A stretch of 64,000 nt of DNA from an uncultured Gammaproteobacteria bacterium (GCA_964644045.1 CAZXUK010000001.1:5401-69400), one strand, 5' to 3'; numbered from the stretch's first letter, positions 14,543 to 25,368 are shown. Made by a program: numbers and translations. Notes: a model not told the origin generated them from the sequence alone.

Positions 14543-17404
14543 ATGGCTAATCAAAACAACTCCAAAATCAAAATTAAAGGAGCCCGGGTTCATAATTTAA
14601 AAAACATTGACGTGGAGCTTCCCCGCCAAAAAATGGTGGTCCTAACCGGACTTTCCGGTTCGGGCAAATCCAGCCTGGCTTTTGACACTCTTTATGCCGA
14701 AGGCCAAAGAAGGTATGTGGAATCCTTGTCCGCCTATGCCCGTCAATTTATCGGAGTAATGGATAAGCCGGATGTAGACTCTATTGAAGGCCTTTCCCCG
14801 GCCATCTCTATTGACCAGAAATCAACCACTCATAATCCCCGCTCTACAGTGGGCACGGTTACGGAAATTTATGATTATCTTCGCCTTCTTTTTGCCCGCA
14901 TCGGAATTCCGCACTGTCCTAAGTGCGGGAAAAAAATTAAACAATATTCTGTAGATGAAATTGCGGATAAAATTTTGGAAAAATATCCGGGGGAGGAAAT
15001 TCTCATTCTGGCTCCCTTGGTGCGAGACAAAAAAGGAGAACATAAAAATATCTTGGACAATGTAGCCCAAGCCGGTTACTCCCGCATCCGCTTTGATAAA
15101 AAAATTTATACCCTGGAGGAAGCTAAGGAACAAGAAGTAAATAAACAAAAAAAACACAGCTTAGAAGTGATTGTAGATAAAATTAAAATCAATACTGACA
15201 AGGAAGATGTCTCCCGCCTGAGCGAAGCGGTAGAAAAAGCCTTGGAGCTCTCCGGGGGCTTAATATCTTCGGCTCCGGCAGAAAACAAAAAAGGAGAAGA
15301 AAAACTTTTTTCCCAAGAATTTGCCTGCCCGGATTGTGATATCAGCTTACCACAACTTGAGCCCAGACATTTTTCTTTTAATTCTCCGCACGGAGCTTGT
15401 CCCAAATGTACGGGGTTGGGAACCAAACTGGAAATGGATCCGAAGATCATTCTTAATCCCAAACTGACTATTGCCCAAGGAGGAATCAAGCCCATCTCTC
15501 ATAATCTTTCCGGACAAACTTGGATACTCCGAATCCTGGGAACCGTAGCCGGAGAACACGGCTTTGATCTCAATACTCCTATCAAAGACTTAAGCCGGGA
15601 ACAACTTAATGTGATCTTATACGGCTCTAAAGACAAAACCTATAATATTGAGTATGATGGAGAAAAATTAAGCGGGGAATTCACCACCAATTTTGAAGGT
15701 ATTATTCCCAATCTGGAAAGGCGATATTGGCAGACCGAATCCGAATATATCCGCAAAGAAATAGGCAAGTATATGAGGGAATTCAAATGTCCGGCTTGCA
15801 AGGGCAAAAGATTAAAACCGGAAATTTTAGGAGTAAAAATAGATGGCTTATCAATTTATGATATTTCTTCCCGAGATATCACCAAAATCAAAAAATTTTT
15901 CCTGAATTTGGAAAAAGGAAAAAAACTAAACGCCAAAAACAAAAAAATATCTTCTCAGATCATTAAAGAAATCAAATCCCGCCTGGATTTTCTCCTTAAT
16001 GTGGGCTTGGACTATTTAACTTTAGACAGAGCGGCCAAAAGTTTATCCGGAGGGGAGGCGCAAAGAATCAGACTGGCAACCCAAATCGGTTCAGCCCTGA
16101 CCGGAGTTTTGTATATTTTGGATGAGCCCTCCATAGGTCTTCACCAAAGAGATATTGATAAACTTATAAAAACTTTAAAAAACCTTAAAAAATTAGGCAA
16201 TACCGTGGTGGTGGTAGAACATGACGAAAATATCATCACCTCCTCGGACTGGATTGCGGATATTGGTCCCGGGGCCGGAGAACACGGAGGTAAACTGGTG
16301 GCTGCCGGTACCCCGGCTCATATCAAAAAAAATACTAAATCCTTAACCGGCCAATATTTATCCGGCAAAAAATCCATCCCTGTTCCCAAAAAATTCCGCA
16401 CGGGAAACGGCCAAACCCTGTCCATTATTAACGCCCGTGAACATAATTTGAAAAATATTAATGTTGATTTTCCTTTGGGGAGATTCATATCCTTAACCGG
16501 AGTTTCCGGTTCAGGCAAATCCACTTTAATGAGCGATATCCTGGCCCGCGCTCTGGCGCAAAAATTTTATAGAGCCAAAAACGAGCCCGGAGCCCATGAC
16601 CGCATTGAAGGTTTAAGATATATAGATAAAATTATTGACATAGACCAATCTCCCATCGGCCGGACTCCCCGCTCCAACCCGGCCACCTATACCGGCGCTT
16701 TTACTCCTATTCGCGAACTATTTGCCTCTACTCCGGAAGCCAAGATCAGGGGCTACAAACCTGGGCGCTTCTCTTTTAATGTGGTGGGCGGAAGATGCGA
16801 GGCCTGCCGGGGAGACGGAATGATAAAAATAGAAATGCAATTTTTACCCGATGTTTACGTGGATTGCGAAGTCTGCCATGGAAAACGCTACAATAAAGAA
16901 GCTTTGGAAATAACTTATAAAGGCAAAAACATTGCCGATGTTCTGGAAATGACAGTGGAAGAGGGTTTGGATTTTTTTGAAAACATTCCGGCGGTGGAAC
17001 AAAAACTAAAACTGCTCCAAGAAGTGGGCCTGGGCTACATTCGCCTGGGTCAATCGGCCACCACCTTGTCCGGAGGAGAAGCGCAAAGAATCAAGTTAGC
17101 CACAGAGCTGGCTCGCAGATCCACGGGCAGAACTTTCTATATTTTGGACGAGCCCACCACCGGTCTTCATTTTGCCGATATTAAAAACCTCTTGGCTGTC
17201 TTAAACAAATTAGTGGATAAAGGCAATACCGTACTTATAATCGAACACAATTTGGATGTGATCAAATCAGCTGATTGGCTGATTGATCTGGGGCCTGAAG
17301 GAGGAGACAAAGGAGGAAAAATTGTCGCCCAAGGAACTCCTAAACAAGTAGCTGATATCAAGAAAAGTTATACCGGACAATATTTAAAGGGAATATTTGA
17401 TTAG
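14543..17404 (+). CDS. uvrA: excinuclease ABC subunit A
   Basis: Two ABC modules ([24 protein letters not shown]), zinc-finger cysteines, 953 aa. Confidence 0.95.
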   Translation: MANQNNSKIKIKGARVHNLKNIDVELPRQKMVVLTGLSGSGKSSLAFDTLYAEGQRRYVESLSAYARQFIGVMDKPDVDSIEGLSPAISIDQKSTTHNPRSTVGTVTEIYDYLRLLFARIGIPHCPKCGKKIKQYSVDEIADKILEKYPGEEILILAPLVRDKKGEHKNILDNVAQAGYSRIRFDKKIYTLEEAKEQEVNKQKKHSLEVIVDKIKINTDKEDVSRLSEAVEKALELSGGLISSAPAENKKGEEKLFSQEFACPDCDISLPQLEPRHFSFNSPHGACPKCTGLGTKLEMDPKIILNPKLTIAQGGIKPISHNLSGQTWILRILGTVAGEHGFDLNTPIKDLSREQLNVILYGSKDKTYNIEYDGEKLSGEFTTNFEGIIPNLERRYWQTESEYIRKEIGKYMREFKCPACKGKRLKPEILGVKIDGLSIYDISSRDITKIKKFFLNLEKGKKLNAKNKKISSQIIKEIKSRLDFLLNVGLDYLTLDRAAKSLSGGEAQRIRLATQIGSALTGVLYILDEPSIGLHQRDIDKLIKTLKNLKKLGNTVVVVEHDENIITSSDWIADIGPGAGEHGGKLVAAGTPAHIKKNTKSLTGQYLSGKKSIPVPKKFRTGNGQTLSIINAREHNLKNINVDFPLGRFISLTGVSGSGKSTLMSDILARALAQKFYRAKNEPGAHDRIEGLRYIDKIIDIDQSPIGRTPRSNPATYTGAFTPIRELFASTPEAKIRGYKPGRFSFNVVGGRCEACRGDGMIKIEMQFLPDVYVDCEVCHGKRYNKEALEITYKGKNIADVLEMTVEEGLDFFENIPAVEQKLKLLQEVGLGYIRLGQSATTLSGGEAQRIKLATELARRSTGRTFYILDEPTTGLHFADIKNLLAVLNKLVDKGNTVLIIEHNLDVIKSADWLIDLGPEGGDKGGKIVAQGTPKQVADIKKSYTGQYLKGIFD

Positions 17405-17447
17405 AATGATGAATAATGAATTAAGAATCAAGAATCAAGAATTTGGT

Positions 17448-17891
17448 TTAGTCTCGGCTGTAGAGGCCGATTAACTCGGTTTGCTCTATAATCGCGCCTT
17501 CCATGGCTTGCTCTAATTCTTCTCGACTCGCGCCCTCTTCTAAATCCAATTTTTTGTCCAGGGCATAGAGACGGAAGAAATAACGATGCTCTCCGGAGGG
17601 AGGGCAAGGACCTCCGTATTCCGCGCTCCCGAAATCATTTATTCCCTGAATAGCGCCTTCGGGCACGCTGTCTTCGGAGATTTCGGCGGTAGCCGGATCA
17701 ATATTCCATAAAGTCCAATGAACAAAACTTTTCGGCATAGGAGCATCAGGGTCATCCATAATCAAAACCAAGTTTTCAGCCCCTTCGGGCACCTCGCTTA
17801 TCTGCAAATGCGGATTAATATCCTTTCCATCACATCCGTATTTGTGCGGAATAGATTGATTGTGAGAAAAAGAATTACTAATTAATTTCAT
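17448..17891 (-). CDS. YbhB/YbcL family Raf kinase inhibitor-like protein (PEBP)
   Basis: DDPDAP and GEHRYFFRLYALD motifs. Confidence 0.85.
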   Translation of the reverse strand: MKLISNSFSHNQSIPHKYGCDGKDINPHLQISEVPEGAENLVLIMDDPDAPMPKSFVHWTLWNIDPATAEISEDSVPEGAIQGINDFGSAEYGGPCPPSGEHRYFFRLYALDKKLDLEEGASREELEQAMEGAIIEQTELIGLYSRD

Positions 17892-17971
17892 AAAATGTTA
17901 ATTGCAAATTAAATAAATAAATTTTTTATCTAAAAACTTATTTTACTTAATTTGCATATTTTACTTATTTT

Positions 17972-19444
17972 TTAATTACTAAACACCTCGGAAGTAAAAG
18001 TATACATCTCCAAATCTTTATCAGTTTTAAAACTGTCGGGCTGAAGTCCGGCTTTCTGCCAACAAAGCTGAGAAAGGAATTCTTCCTTATTCCAACCGGT
18101 CTCTTCCGCCACCTGGGGAAGAAATACTCCGCTATAACCACCTTTGCGCACGATCACTCCGTGCTTTCCCGGTTCAATATTCCGCCAATCATTAACAGGC
18201 TCGGGTAAAGATAAAACGCTTATTTCATAAGTCAAGTCCGGGAGCTCCTCCGGGGTCACGGGAGAGAAACGATGATCCTTAACAGCGGCGGCAATGGCCA
18301 TTTTTTCCACCACTTCCCATAAAGGTTTCTCGCTTTGTACTATCTGGCCAATACACCCCCTTAATTGGTCCCCTTTTTTTAAAGTAACAAAAGCTCCTCT
18401 GGGCTCTTGGAGTTTTTCCTCTTTTATATTGAATTCCGGGATCTTGCCGTCTTTAACATAACTTTCCACTGTTTCCCGAGCCACTTTTAATAAAATCTCT
18501 TGCTCTTGAGAATTTAATTCTTCTTGGCTTTCTTTCTGATTATCTATTTTTTGTTGCGCTTGTCCGCCTTTTTCTTCTTTTTTCTCTCCGTGGTTAAAAA
18601 CCATTGCTCCGTACCCCACCACGCTGTCTTTAGAAGCTAAACCCGTATCCCCGCTATTAGCGTATTTTAATATTTTTCCTTTCTCCCAATCCAGGGAATT
18701 GGCCATCTCCATTATAGTTTTAACTCCGTCTTCTCCGCATAACAAAGTTTCCTCTCCGGGGATCCCCTGTTCCATAACTTCACTGATATGATTCTCCAAT
18801 TCTTCCGTATCTTTCTCCGCAATTATTTCTAAAGTCTTAGTATCTATCCGATTAGCTTCCTCATAAGGAGGAAAATGTGACATATCGCTGGAAACCACTA
18901 TTAAATCTTTTTCCTTTAAAATATCCGCCAAATTCCCGGCAAGCTGTTTGGCGTCTTCACCGGAAATATTGCCGAATAATACCGGCAGCACTTTAAAACC
19001 GGACTGAAGAACCGTTTGTAAAAAAGGAATTTGGACCTCCAAACTATGCTCACCGGCATGGGCTTTTTCATAAAAATCAATATGCTCGTTGCTCTCTGAT
19101 AATTTTTGAGATTTTTCCTTGTCTACCTCTAACCGCCCCAGGGGAGTGGACCAATAATCCGCTTCACTAAGAGCTACGCCCTCGAAAAAAGCGGAATGTG
19201 AATTGCATATCACAATAACTGTTCCTCTTTCCTCTCCTTTTATCTGATTATAGGCCTCAGCCGCTACCGGTCCACTAAAAGAATAACCGGCATGCGGCAC
19301 TATTAAAGCTTTTACTTTTTTATTGGTCTGGCTGTTTTCCGCCTGATCCAAAAAATTTGCGATCTGCTCTTTCAGTTCTTCTGCGGAACCCGGATAAAAT
19401 TGTCCGGCTACCGCTGGTTGTCTAACAGTATTGGAAACGATCAT
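17972..19444 (-). CDS. fusion of a Memo-like protein (AmmeMemoRadiSam B) and an AMMECR1 domain (AmmeMemoRadiSam A)
   Basis: N-terminal half has PAVAGQFYPG...VPHAGYSFSG (Memo). A Lys/Glu-rich linker follows. C-terminal half has RGAFVTLKKGDQLRGCIG (AMMECR1). Confidence 0.75.
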   Translation of the reverse strand: MIVSNTVRQPAVAGQFYPGSAEELKEQIANFLDQAENSQTNKKVKALIVPHAGYSFSGPVAAEAYNQIKGEERGTVIVICNSHSAFFEGVALSEADYWSTPLGRLEVDKEKSQKLSESNEHIDFYEKAHAGEHSLEVQIPFLQTVLQSGFKVLPVLFGNISGEDAKQLAGNLADILKEKDLIVVSSDMSHFPPYEEANRIDTKTLEIIAEKDTEELENHISEVMEQGIPGEETLLCGEDGVKTIMEMANSLDWEKGKILKYANSGDTGLASKDSVVGYGAMVFNHGEKKEEKGGQAQQKIDNQKESQEELNSQEQEILLKVARETVESYVKDGKIPEFNIKEEKLQEPRGAFVTLKKGDQLRGCIGQIVQSEKPLWEVVEKMAIAAAVKDHRFSPVTPEELPDLTYEISVLSLPEPVNDWRNIEPGKHGVIVRKGGYSGVFLPQVAEETGWNKEEFLSQLCWQKAGLQPDSFKTDKDLEMYTFTSEVFSN

Positions 19445-19488
19445 AAATAAAATTTAAATTAAATCTAGATCTATAAATGCTTTATTCG

Positions 19489-20283
19489 CTAATTTAAAGA
19501 TCTTAAAAGCTGTTTATAGATCAAGCCGTTGCTGGCCAACATATCCCTGCTTTTTAAGTTCCAATCCCTTCCTTGGGAATCAGTAACTTTTCCCCCCGCT
19601 TCCCGAACCAGTAAAACTCCGGCTGCCACATCCCAAGGATGAGCTCCGGGAATTACAATGGATTCGGTGCGACCGGCTGCTACAAAAGCCAATTCTATGG
19701 CGGCACTACCCAATTGCCTGCAGTCAAAATCATTCAATTTTTGTTTTTTGTGATAATTCACCGCTCTTTTAATATCTTTTTCTTTGCTTCCGTGACAAAA
19801 AGTATTCAAAACCTTGCCTTCGCTTATTTCGGAAACCCCCATCTTTCTGCCCCGGGAAGAATCACCCGGAGAATAAAGTTTGGCTCCCTCTCCCACCTCG
19901 GCCAAATAAAGCTCGTCCAAAAAAGGGGCGTAAACTATTCCCAAAACCACTCTCTCTTGATAAAACAAACCAATGGATACAGAGAAAAGAGGGTTATGCA
20001 TAGAAAAATTAGTAGTTCCGTCCAAAGGATCTACCACCCAAAGATAATCAGAGTCTTTTTTATTATCTCCGGCTTCCTCGGATATAATTCTATGCTTGGG
20101 AAAAGCTTTCTTTATAATACTCAAAATCTTTTTTTCTGAAGCCAAATCAGCTTGCGTTAAGATCTCATGATCAGATTTAAGCTTTACCTGTCCGCGGTCA
20201 AATCTCTGGAAACGGGAATATAAAATTTTTCCTCCTTCCTGGGCCGCTTCCCGGGCAACTTCTTTTATTTGTTTATCCAACAT
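19489..20283 (-). CDS. inositol monophosphatase family protein
   Basis: SEE, WVVDPLDGTTNF and WDVAAG motifs. Confidence 0.85.
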   Translation of the reverse strand: MLDKQIKEVAREAAQEGGKILYSRFQRFDRGQVKLKSDHEILTQADLASEKKILSIIKKAFPKHRIISEEAGDNKKDSDYLWVVDPLDGTTNFSMHNPLFSVSIGLFYQERVVLGIVYAPFLDELYLAEVGEGAKLYSPGDSSRGRKMGVSEISEGKVLNTFCHGSKEKDIKRAVNYHKKQKLNDFDCRQLGSAAIELAFVAAGRTESIVIPGAHPWDVAAGVLLVREAGGKVTDSQGRDWNLKSRDMLASNGLIYKQLLRSLN

Positions 20284-20300
20284 AAATTATTTTTATTTAT

Positions 20301-20792
20301 TTATAAATCATCCACTAATTTTAATTCCAAATTATTGTTTTCCGTGTCATAAAAGGCGAAACTGGCTTTACTAAAAACTCCTCCCAGCGTTCCGGGATTA
20401 ACCACCCGCGTCCCTTGGCGCCTCTCTTCCCACGGTTTATGGGTATGTCCATAAAACACCAAATTACAATCCCCCTTTTCCAAAACCTTAGCAATTAAAA
20501 AGGGTTCGTGACAAGCCCCGATAGTTAAACTTCCTATCTCCCAAACAGCTACCCGACCTCCATAATCTATTTGAGAAAAACTTTTAACCTCCTCGTCTTC
20601 AAAAATTTCCATATTTCCTCTAACCAGATAAACCGGTCCGGGAGAATTTTTATCCAAAAATTCCAGGGTTTCCGAATTGGTAACATCGCCGGGGCAAATC
20701 ACAGCTTCAATCTTATTATCCCTGCACCAAGACAGGCACTTGTCCAAATTAACCAAATTGTCGTGAATATCGGAAATTATAGCTATCTTCAT
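20301..20792 (-). CDS. metallophosphoesterase, YfcE/MJ0936 family
   Basis: ISDIHDN, GD, GNME and GHTH motifs. Confidence 0.8.
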   Translation of the reverse strand: MKIAIISDIHDNLVNLDKCLSWCRDNKIEAVICPGDVTNSETLEFLDKNSPGPVYLVRGNMEIFEDEEVKSFSQIDYGGRVAVWEIGSLTIGACHEPFLIAKVLEKGDCNLVFYGHTHKPWEERRQGTRVVNPGTLGGVFSKASFAFYDTENNNLELKLVDDL

Positions 20793-20804
20793 AAAATATA
20801 AAAA

Positions 20805-21941
20805 TTATTTAATAAAATACCACAACTCATAAAGTACCCCCAAAATAAAAAGAAAACAAAGCACGAAAGCCCAAAATTTACCTAAACCCACCCGGAGGAC
20901 GGGCTGCTTTTTTCTTTCCTTTTTAACCTTAAACAAAAGAAGTATCAAGATCACTCCGAAAATTCCTCCGGTAATAGACCCTGTCAAACCTATCACTTTG
21001 GTAATATTGCTAATGCCCAAAAGATAAAGCAGGAAAGGAATACCGCAAGCCACCACCCAGGAGAGCTTATTATTCATTTTTAAATCCCACCAATAAACCT
21101 CGCGCAAAGATTGGCTGATCACCAAAAAAGAAGTAATAATGGTTAGGAGCCCGAAAACCAGGGAGGCGGTTATAACTCCGTTATGAAAATACATCTTCAG
21201 GCCCACCAAGGCCTCGGGGCTGGTATTGGCTCCGCTTACCCCCACAACCACCAAAACAAAAAAAAGCATTAAAAAAGCGGGGAATATTGTGCCCCATTTG
21301 ATAGCGCTTCTGATCTTCTCTTTTTTATGATTTAGGAGCCGGCAAATCTCCGGGATTGCCGCTTGTCCTCCTACGGCAAAAAAAATGGGCCCATAAGGTA
21401 AAAAAACAAACTCTTTATCAAACCAAGTAAAATTATCTAAACTAAAAAACCCTTGGCTTTTAAAAGCGATCAAAAAAACCAATAAAACCAAAAGGAAACT
21501 CAGGATAAATTCCACCCCGGCAATTAACCTTAAACCAAAAAGGACTATCAGGGATTCAATAACAAATAAAATAGTGGCATAAATAAACACATCTCCTCCC
21601 AAATATGGGCTTAAAAGTCCGCATAAAAAGGTTCCTCCCAAAAGAATATAAGCCAACAAAGCTCCGTGTTTTCCGATTATGGAAATAAGAAGGGTCCACT
21701 TTTTGGCTCTTTCTCCTTTATAATAACCTACGTATCCGGGCATACGGTGTTTTTGCGGGGTGGAAAGAATAATCTCGGCATAAATGGAATGAAGAGTATA
21801 CTGTACAAAAGTCAAAATCGGTAAATAAACAAACAAGGGTAAAAGTCCGGCTTTACTGACCACATAAGGAGTGGCAAACATTCCGCCGCCGATAATGGTT
21901 CCGGCCAAAATAGTAATAGCAAAAAAATAATTTCTTTTCAT
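20805..21941 (-). CDS. amino acid permease-like transporter (aromatic/HAAAP-like)
   Basis: About 11 TM helices and an N-terminal GTIIGGGMFATP motif. Confidence 0.5.
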   Translation of the reverse strand: MKRNYFFAITILAGTIIGGGMFATPYVVSKAGLLPLFVYLPILTFVQYTLHSIYAEIILSTPQKHRMPGYVGYYKGERAKKWTLLISIIGKHGALLAYILLGGTFLCGLLSPYLGGDVFIYATILFVIESLIVLFGLRLIAGVEFILSFLLVLLVFLIAFKSQGFFSLDNFTWFDKEFVFLPYGPIFFAVGGQAAIPEICRLLNHKKEKIRSAIKWGTIFPAFLMLFFVLVVVGVSGANTSPEALVGLKMYFHNGVITASLVFGLLTIITSFLVISQSLREVYWWDLKMNNKLSWVVACGIPFLLYLLGISNITKVIGLTGSITGGIFGVILILLLFKVKKERKKQPVLRVGLGKFWAFVLCFLFILGVLYELWYFIK

Positions 21942-22089
21942 AAAAAACTGAGTTTTTTCTTGGTTTTTTTATTTTAACATATACCAAGCCGAATTACTAA
22001 CTCATAAATATTATTGCCGGCCGGACAAAGGACAAATTCATAAATAAAAAAATATTGTGGATCTGCGAGGTATGTGCTATTTTTAAATT

Positions 22090-22524
22090 ATGAGAACGAT
22101 TATTCAAAGAGTCAAAGAAGGGGAAGTAATAGCGAACAAAAAAACGATAAGCCGAATCCGAAAAGGTTTATTGGTTTTCTTGGCTGTGCATAAGAATGAT
22201 ACTGAAAAAGATATAAACAAAATAGCTCACAAAATTTTGAATCTAAAAATTTTTGAAAAAAACAAAAAACTGGGCCTGTCTATCCGAGAGATCCAAGGAG
22301 AAATTTTGCTTATCCCCCAGTTCACTTTATATGGCAATTGCCGAAAAGGAACCAAGCCCAACTTCAGCGACTCCGCATCCCCGAAAAAAGGAAAAGAATA
22401 TTATAAAAATTTGGTTAAAAAATTAAAAAAAGAAGGGTTGGGCATAAAAACGGGAAAATTCCAAAGTCATATGGAAGTAAATCTCATCAATGACGGGCCG
22501 GTAACTCTAATAATTGATAGTTAA
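22090..22524 (+). CDS. dtd: D-aminoacyl-tRNA deacylase
   Basis: MRTIIQRV start, SQFTLYG-like PQFTLYG, C-terminal NDGPVT. Confidence 0.85.
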   Translation: MRTIIQRVKEGEVIANKKTISRIRKGLLVFLAVHKNDTEKDINKIAHKILNLKIFEKNKKLGLSIREIQGEILLIPQFTLYGNCRKGTKPNFSDSASPKKGKEYYKNLVKKLKKEGLGIKTGKFQSHMEVNLINDGPVTLIIDS

Positions 22525-22573
22525 AATAATTTTTTAATTTATTAAAAAGTCATAAGGAATTAAAAACTAAAAA

Positions 22574-23407
22574 ATGAAAACGATCATAGCCAAAAAACTG
22601 GGATTTTGTTTCGGGGTCAAAAGATCCATAGAAATAGCCCGAAAATCCTTAAAAGAAGATCCCAGGCCTGTCAATTTTTTGGGCAATATTGTACACAATC
22701 GCCAAGTAATGGATAAATTCCGCAAAGACGGAATAAATTTTATAAACGATTTAGAGGATACTGAAAAAGGAACCCTGATAACCAAAGCGCACGGGGTATC
22801 GCAAAAAATTATAGACCAAGCCCGAGAAAAAAAATTAACCATAAAAAACACTACTTGTCCGATTGTGCAAAATGCCCAAAAAAAAGCCCGAGAACTAAAA
22901 GAAAAAGGATATAAAGTGATCATAATCGGAGAAAAAAATCATCCGGAAACCCGAGTAATCAAAGAGCTTGCGGGAAGCGAGGCCTTAATTACGGAAAGCG
23001 AAGAAGAGATCAAGGAAATGCCTTACTGCTCTCGTATCGGAGCAGTGGCTCAAACTACTAAAAAAAGAGGAATGGTAGAAAAACTTTTGGAAATTTTAAA
23101 AACCAAATGCGACGACTTTGAATGGGCAGATACTATTTGTAATGAAGTGGCGGATAGGCAAAAGGAATTAAAAAATATTTTAAAAAAAGTGGAGGGGGTG
23201 GTCGTGGTCGGCTCCAGAGAATCGGCCAATACCACCCGCCTGGCAGAGATTGCCCGGGAAGCAAATAAAAAACTTTTCTGGGTTGATTGTTTGGAAGAAC
23301 TAAACCGGGCCGAGATCAAAAAATTAGATTCCGTGGGCCTGGTCTCCGGAACCTCGGCTCCGGATTGGGAGATAGAAAAAATTAAAGATTTTTTGGAATC
23401 TCTATAA
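22574..23407 (+). CDS. ispH: 4-hydroxy-3-methylbut-2-enyl diphosphate reductase
   Basis: GFCFGVKRSIE, conserved Cys positions, SANT motif. Confidence 0.9.
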   Translation: MKTIIAKKLGFCFGVKRSIEIARKSLKEDPRPVNFLGNIVHNRQVMDKFRKDGINFINDLEDTEKGTLITKAHGVSQKIIDQAREKKLTIKNTTCPIVQNAQKKARELKEKGYKVIIIGEKNHPETRVIKELAGSEALITESEEEIKEMPYCSRIGAVAQTTKKRGMVEKLLEILKTKCDDFEWADTICNEVADRQKELKNILKKVEGVVVVGSRESANTTRLAEIAREANKKLFWVDCLEELNRAEIKKLDSVGLVSGTSAPDWEIEKIKDFLESL

Positions 23408-23431
23408 AAAATACAAAATAAAATTAGAAAA

Positions 23432-24490
23432 ATGGCTAAAATAAAAAGGCATAAAACCAAAACCGTAAATATAGGAGGAGTGAAAATAGGGGGAGATAAT
23501 CCCGTTGCGATCCAGTCTATGACCAATACTCCCACCAAAAACACAGCCCAAACCATTAGCCAGATCAAAGACTTGGAAAAAGCGGGTTGCGAGATTATTA
23601 GAGTGGCTGTGCCCGATTTGGAGTCCGGCCGGGTTTTGGGAAAAATCAAGAAAAACATAGAGATCCCCCTGGTAGCCGACATTCATTTCTCCGCCCCTAT
23701 TGCCCTGGAAGCCCTAAAACAGGGCGTGGACAAACTAAGAATTAATCCCGGGAATTTTCCGGAAAAAGATTTAAAAAAAATAGTAGACTTGGCCAAAGAT
23801 AAAAATACTCCTATCAGAGTGGGCGTAAATGCCGGATCCTTAGAGAAAAAATTCCTGCAAAAACACGGACAAGCAAATTCCGAGGCCATGGCGGAATCCG
23901 CCCTGGAGAGTATTAAAAAAATGGAAAATTTGGGTTTTGATAACTTAGTAGTGGCTCTCAAGGCCTCGGACATCCACCGAACTGTCAGAGCTTACGAACT
24001 GTTGGCTCAAAAAGCGAATTATCCCTTGCACTTGGGAATAACCGAGGCCGGAACCGAATTTTCAGGCACTATTAAATCCTCAATCGGTTTAGGACATCTT
24101 CTCTTGCAAGGCCTGGGAGATACTCTACGAGTATCCTTAAGCGCCGATCCGGCAAAAGAGGTAAAAGTGGCTTGGGAGATATTAAGATCTCTGGAGCTTC
24201 GCAGTCGGGGAGTTAGAATTATAAGTTGCCCAACCTGCGCCCGAGCCAGCATTAATGTGGCCGAATTGGCTAAACAAGTAGAACAAATCACTGCCCACAT
24301 AGACAAACCCTTAAAAATCGCGGTAATGGGTTGCGTGGTTAACGGTCCGGGAGAAGCCGGAGAGACGGACTTGGCCGTGGTGGGCGCGGGCAAAAAAGCT
24401 ATGATTATTACTGGAGGAAAAAACAAAAAATTAATTGAAAAAAAAGATGCCTTAGTTGAACTGGAAAAAGAAATAAATAAATTACTTTAG
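23432..24490 (+). CDS. ispG: 4-hydroxy-3-methylbut-2-en-1-yl diphosphate synthase (flavodoxin)
   Basis: PVAIQSMTNT, RINPGN, CPTCAR...GCVVNGPGE. Confidence 0.9.
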   Translation: MAKIKRHKTKTVNIGGVKIGGDNPVAIQSMTNTPTKNTAQTISQIKDLEKAGCEIIRVAVPDLESGRVLGKIKKNIEIPLVADIHFSAPIALEALKQGVDKLRINPGNFPEKDLKKIVDLAKDKNTPIRVGVNAGSLEKKFLQKHGQANSEAMAESALESIKKMENLGFDNLVVALKASDIHRTVRAYELLAQKANYPLHLGITEAGTEFSGTIKSSIGLGHLLLQGLGDTLRVSLSADPAKEVKVAWEILRSLELRSRGVRIISCPTCARASINVAELAKQVEQITAHIDKPLKIAVMGCVVNGPGEAGETDLAVVGAGKKAMIITGGKNKKLIEKKDALVELEKEINKLL

Positions 24491-24514
24491 CTTTTTTATA
24501 ATTAAAAAAATCAA

Positions 24515-24680
24515 ATGAAATTAATAAGCTTTAATATTGGAATTAAAATCAATAATTCTAAAAAAGTGGGAAGTTTTATTATTTGTTAATAATAAAATTA
24601 AAGTAAATAATTTTAGAGTTATTAACACCAACATCTCAGACCACCTCCCTCTTGTTTTAGATTTTGATATTTTGGATTAA
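24515..24680 (+). pseudogene. relic of an endonuclease/exonuclease/phosphatase (EEP) family gene with its middle deleted
   Basis: MKLISFNIGIKINN... stops after 24 codons. VINTNISDHLPLVLDFDILD-stop follows about 30 nt later. These are the typical first and last strands of EEP enzymes. Confidence 0.55.
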
Positions 24681-24725
24681 CAACAAAAAAGGGAACAAAA
24701 AAAGAGCTTTCCAAAGCTCTTTTTT

Positions 24726-24776
24726 TGTATCTAAACAACCTAAAACCTAATCCCTAAAACCTAATCCCTAATCCCT
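24726..24776. repeat. G-less CCTAA/CTAAAA tract (same family as 14330-14480)
   Basis: CTAAACAACCTAAAACCTAATCCCTAAAACCTAATCCCTAATCCCTA. Confidence 0.7.
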
Positions 24777-25356
24777 ATCTCTTGGTTTTCATCTCATAAT
24801 TCAAATGCTCTATTTTCTTCAAGTTGGTTTTGGCCTGATCATATTTATTGCGCAAGTAACCGGTTAAATCAAATTCTATAAGTTCTTCCAACACTTCAGT
24901 GATTATTTCCTTAGCTTTTTCCACTTCTTTGATTTCTCCGCTCGCCGCCTTATTGGTGGCCCAACGAACCAACTCTCCGGTCAAATCGCTCAAACCTCCA
25001 ATATAGCCGTCCAAGCCTACCTGGCCTTCAGTAATACGCCTTAGTTTTTTGCCTTTTAAAACCAAATAAAAAAATTTGGCCTCGGCGTATTCCTCTACCG
25101 CCGCCTTAAAAGAGGGCTCGTCAAAAATCCTTTTAATTCCGAACTGCTTCTCCATTTTTTTAAATATCTTTTCGATTTCGGAAAAGTCGGCTTCCGCCTT
25201 GGCAAAATCCTCCCTATGCAGGGCAAAAATAATTTTTTTGGAGTTATTAAGAATTAAATTGGAAAAGCCGATAATCCTTTTTCTCTCTGTTTCCCTGGAT
25301 TTATAATCTTTTTTTAAACTTTGAAAAAATCTCTTGTCTATAACTTTTTTTGCCAT
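24775..25356 (-). CDS. translin family protein
   Basis: The C-terminal block YIGGLSDLTGELVRWATN...LRNKYDQAKTNLKKIEHLNYEM parallels the translin signature (YL.G...L..EL.R ... LRKRYD.LKYD.KK.E). Confidence 0.65.
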   Translation of the reverse strand: MAKKVIDKRFFQSLKKDYKSRETERKRIIGFSNLILNNSKKIIFALHREDFAKAEADFSEIEKIFKKMEKQFGIKRIFDEPSFKAAVEEYAEAKFFYLVLKGKKLRRITEGQVGLDGYIGGLSDLTGELVRWATNKAASGEIKEVEKAKEIITEVLEELIEFDLTGYLRNKYDQAKTNLKKIEHLNYEMKTKR

Positions 25357-25368
25357 AATAAATTTAAT

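Noticed and set aside
23050-24426. Long antisense ORFs within ispH/ispG (23050-23682-, 23402-23686-, 23683-23973-, 24019-24426-)
   Set aside because: These are shadow ORFs opposite well-supported genes, with no independent signals. The same applies to 3649-3957-, 11299-13293 (several), 14822-16524 (several), 19639-20139+, 25456-27411+ (several), 42410-42865+, 51742-52377+, 57365-57778+ and 61950-63509+.
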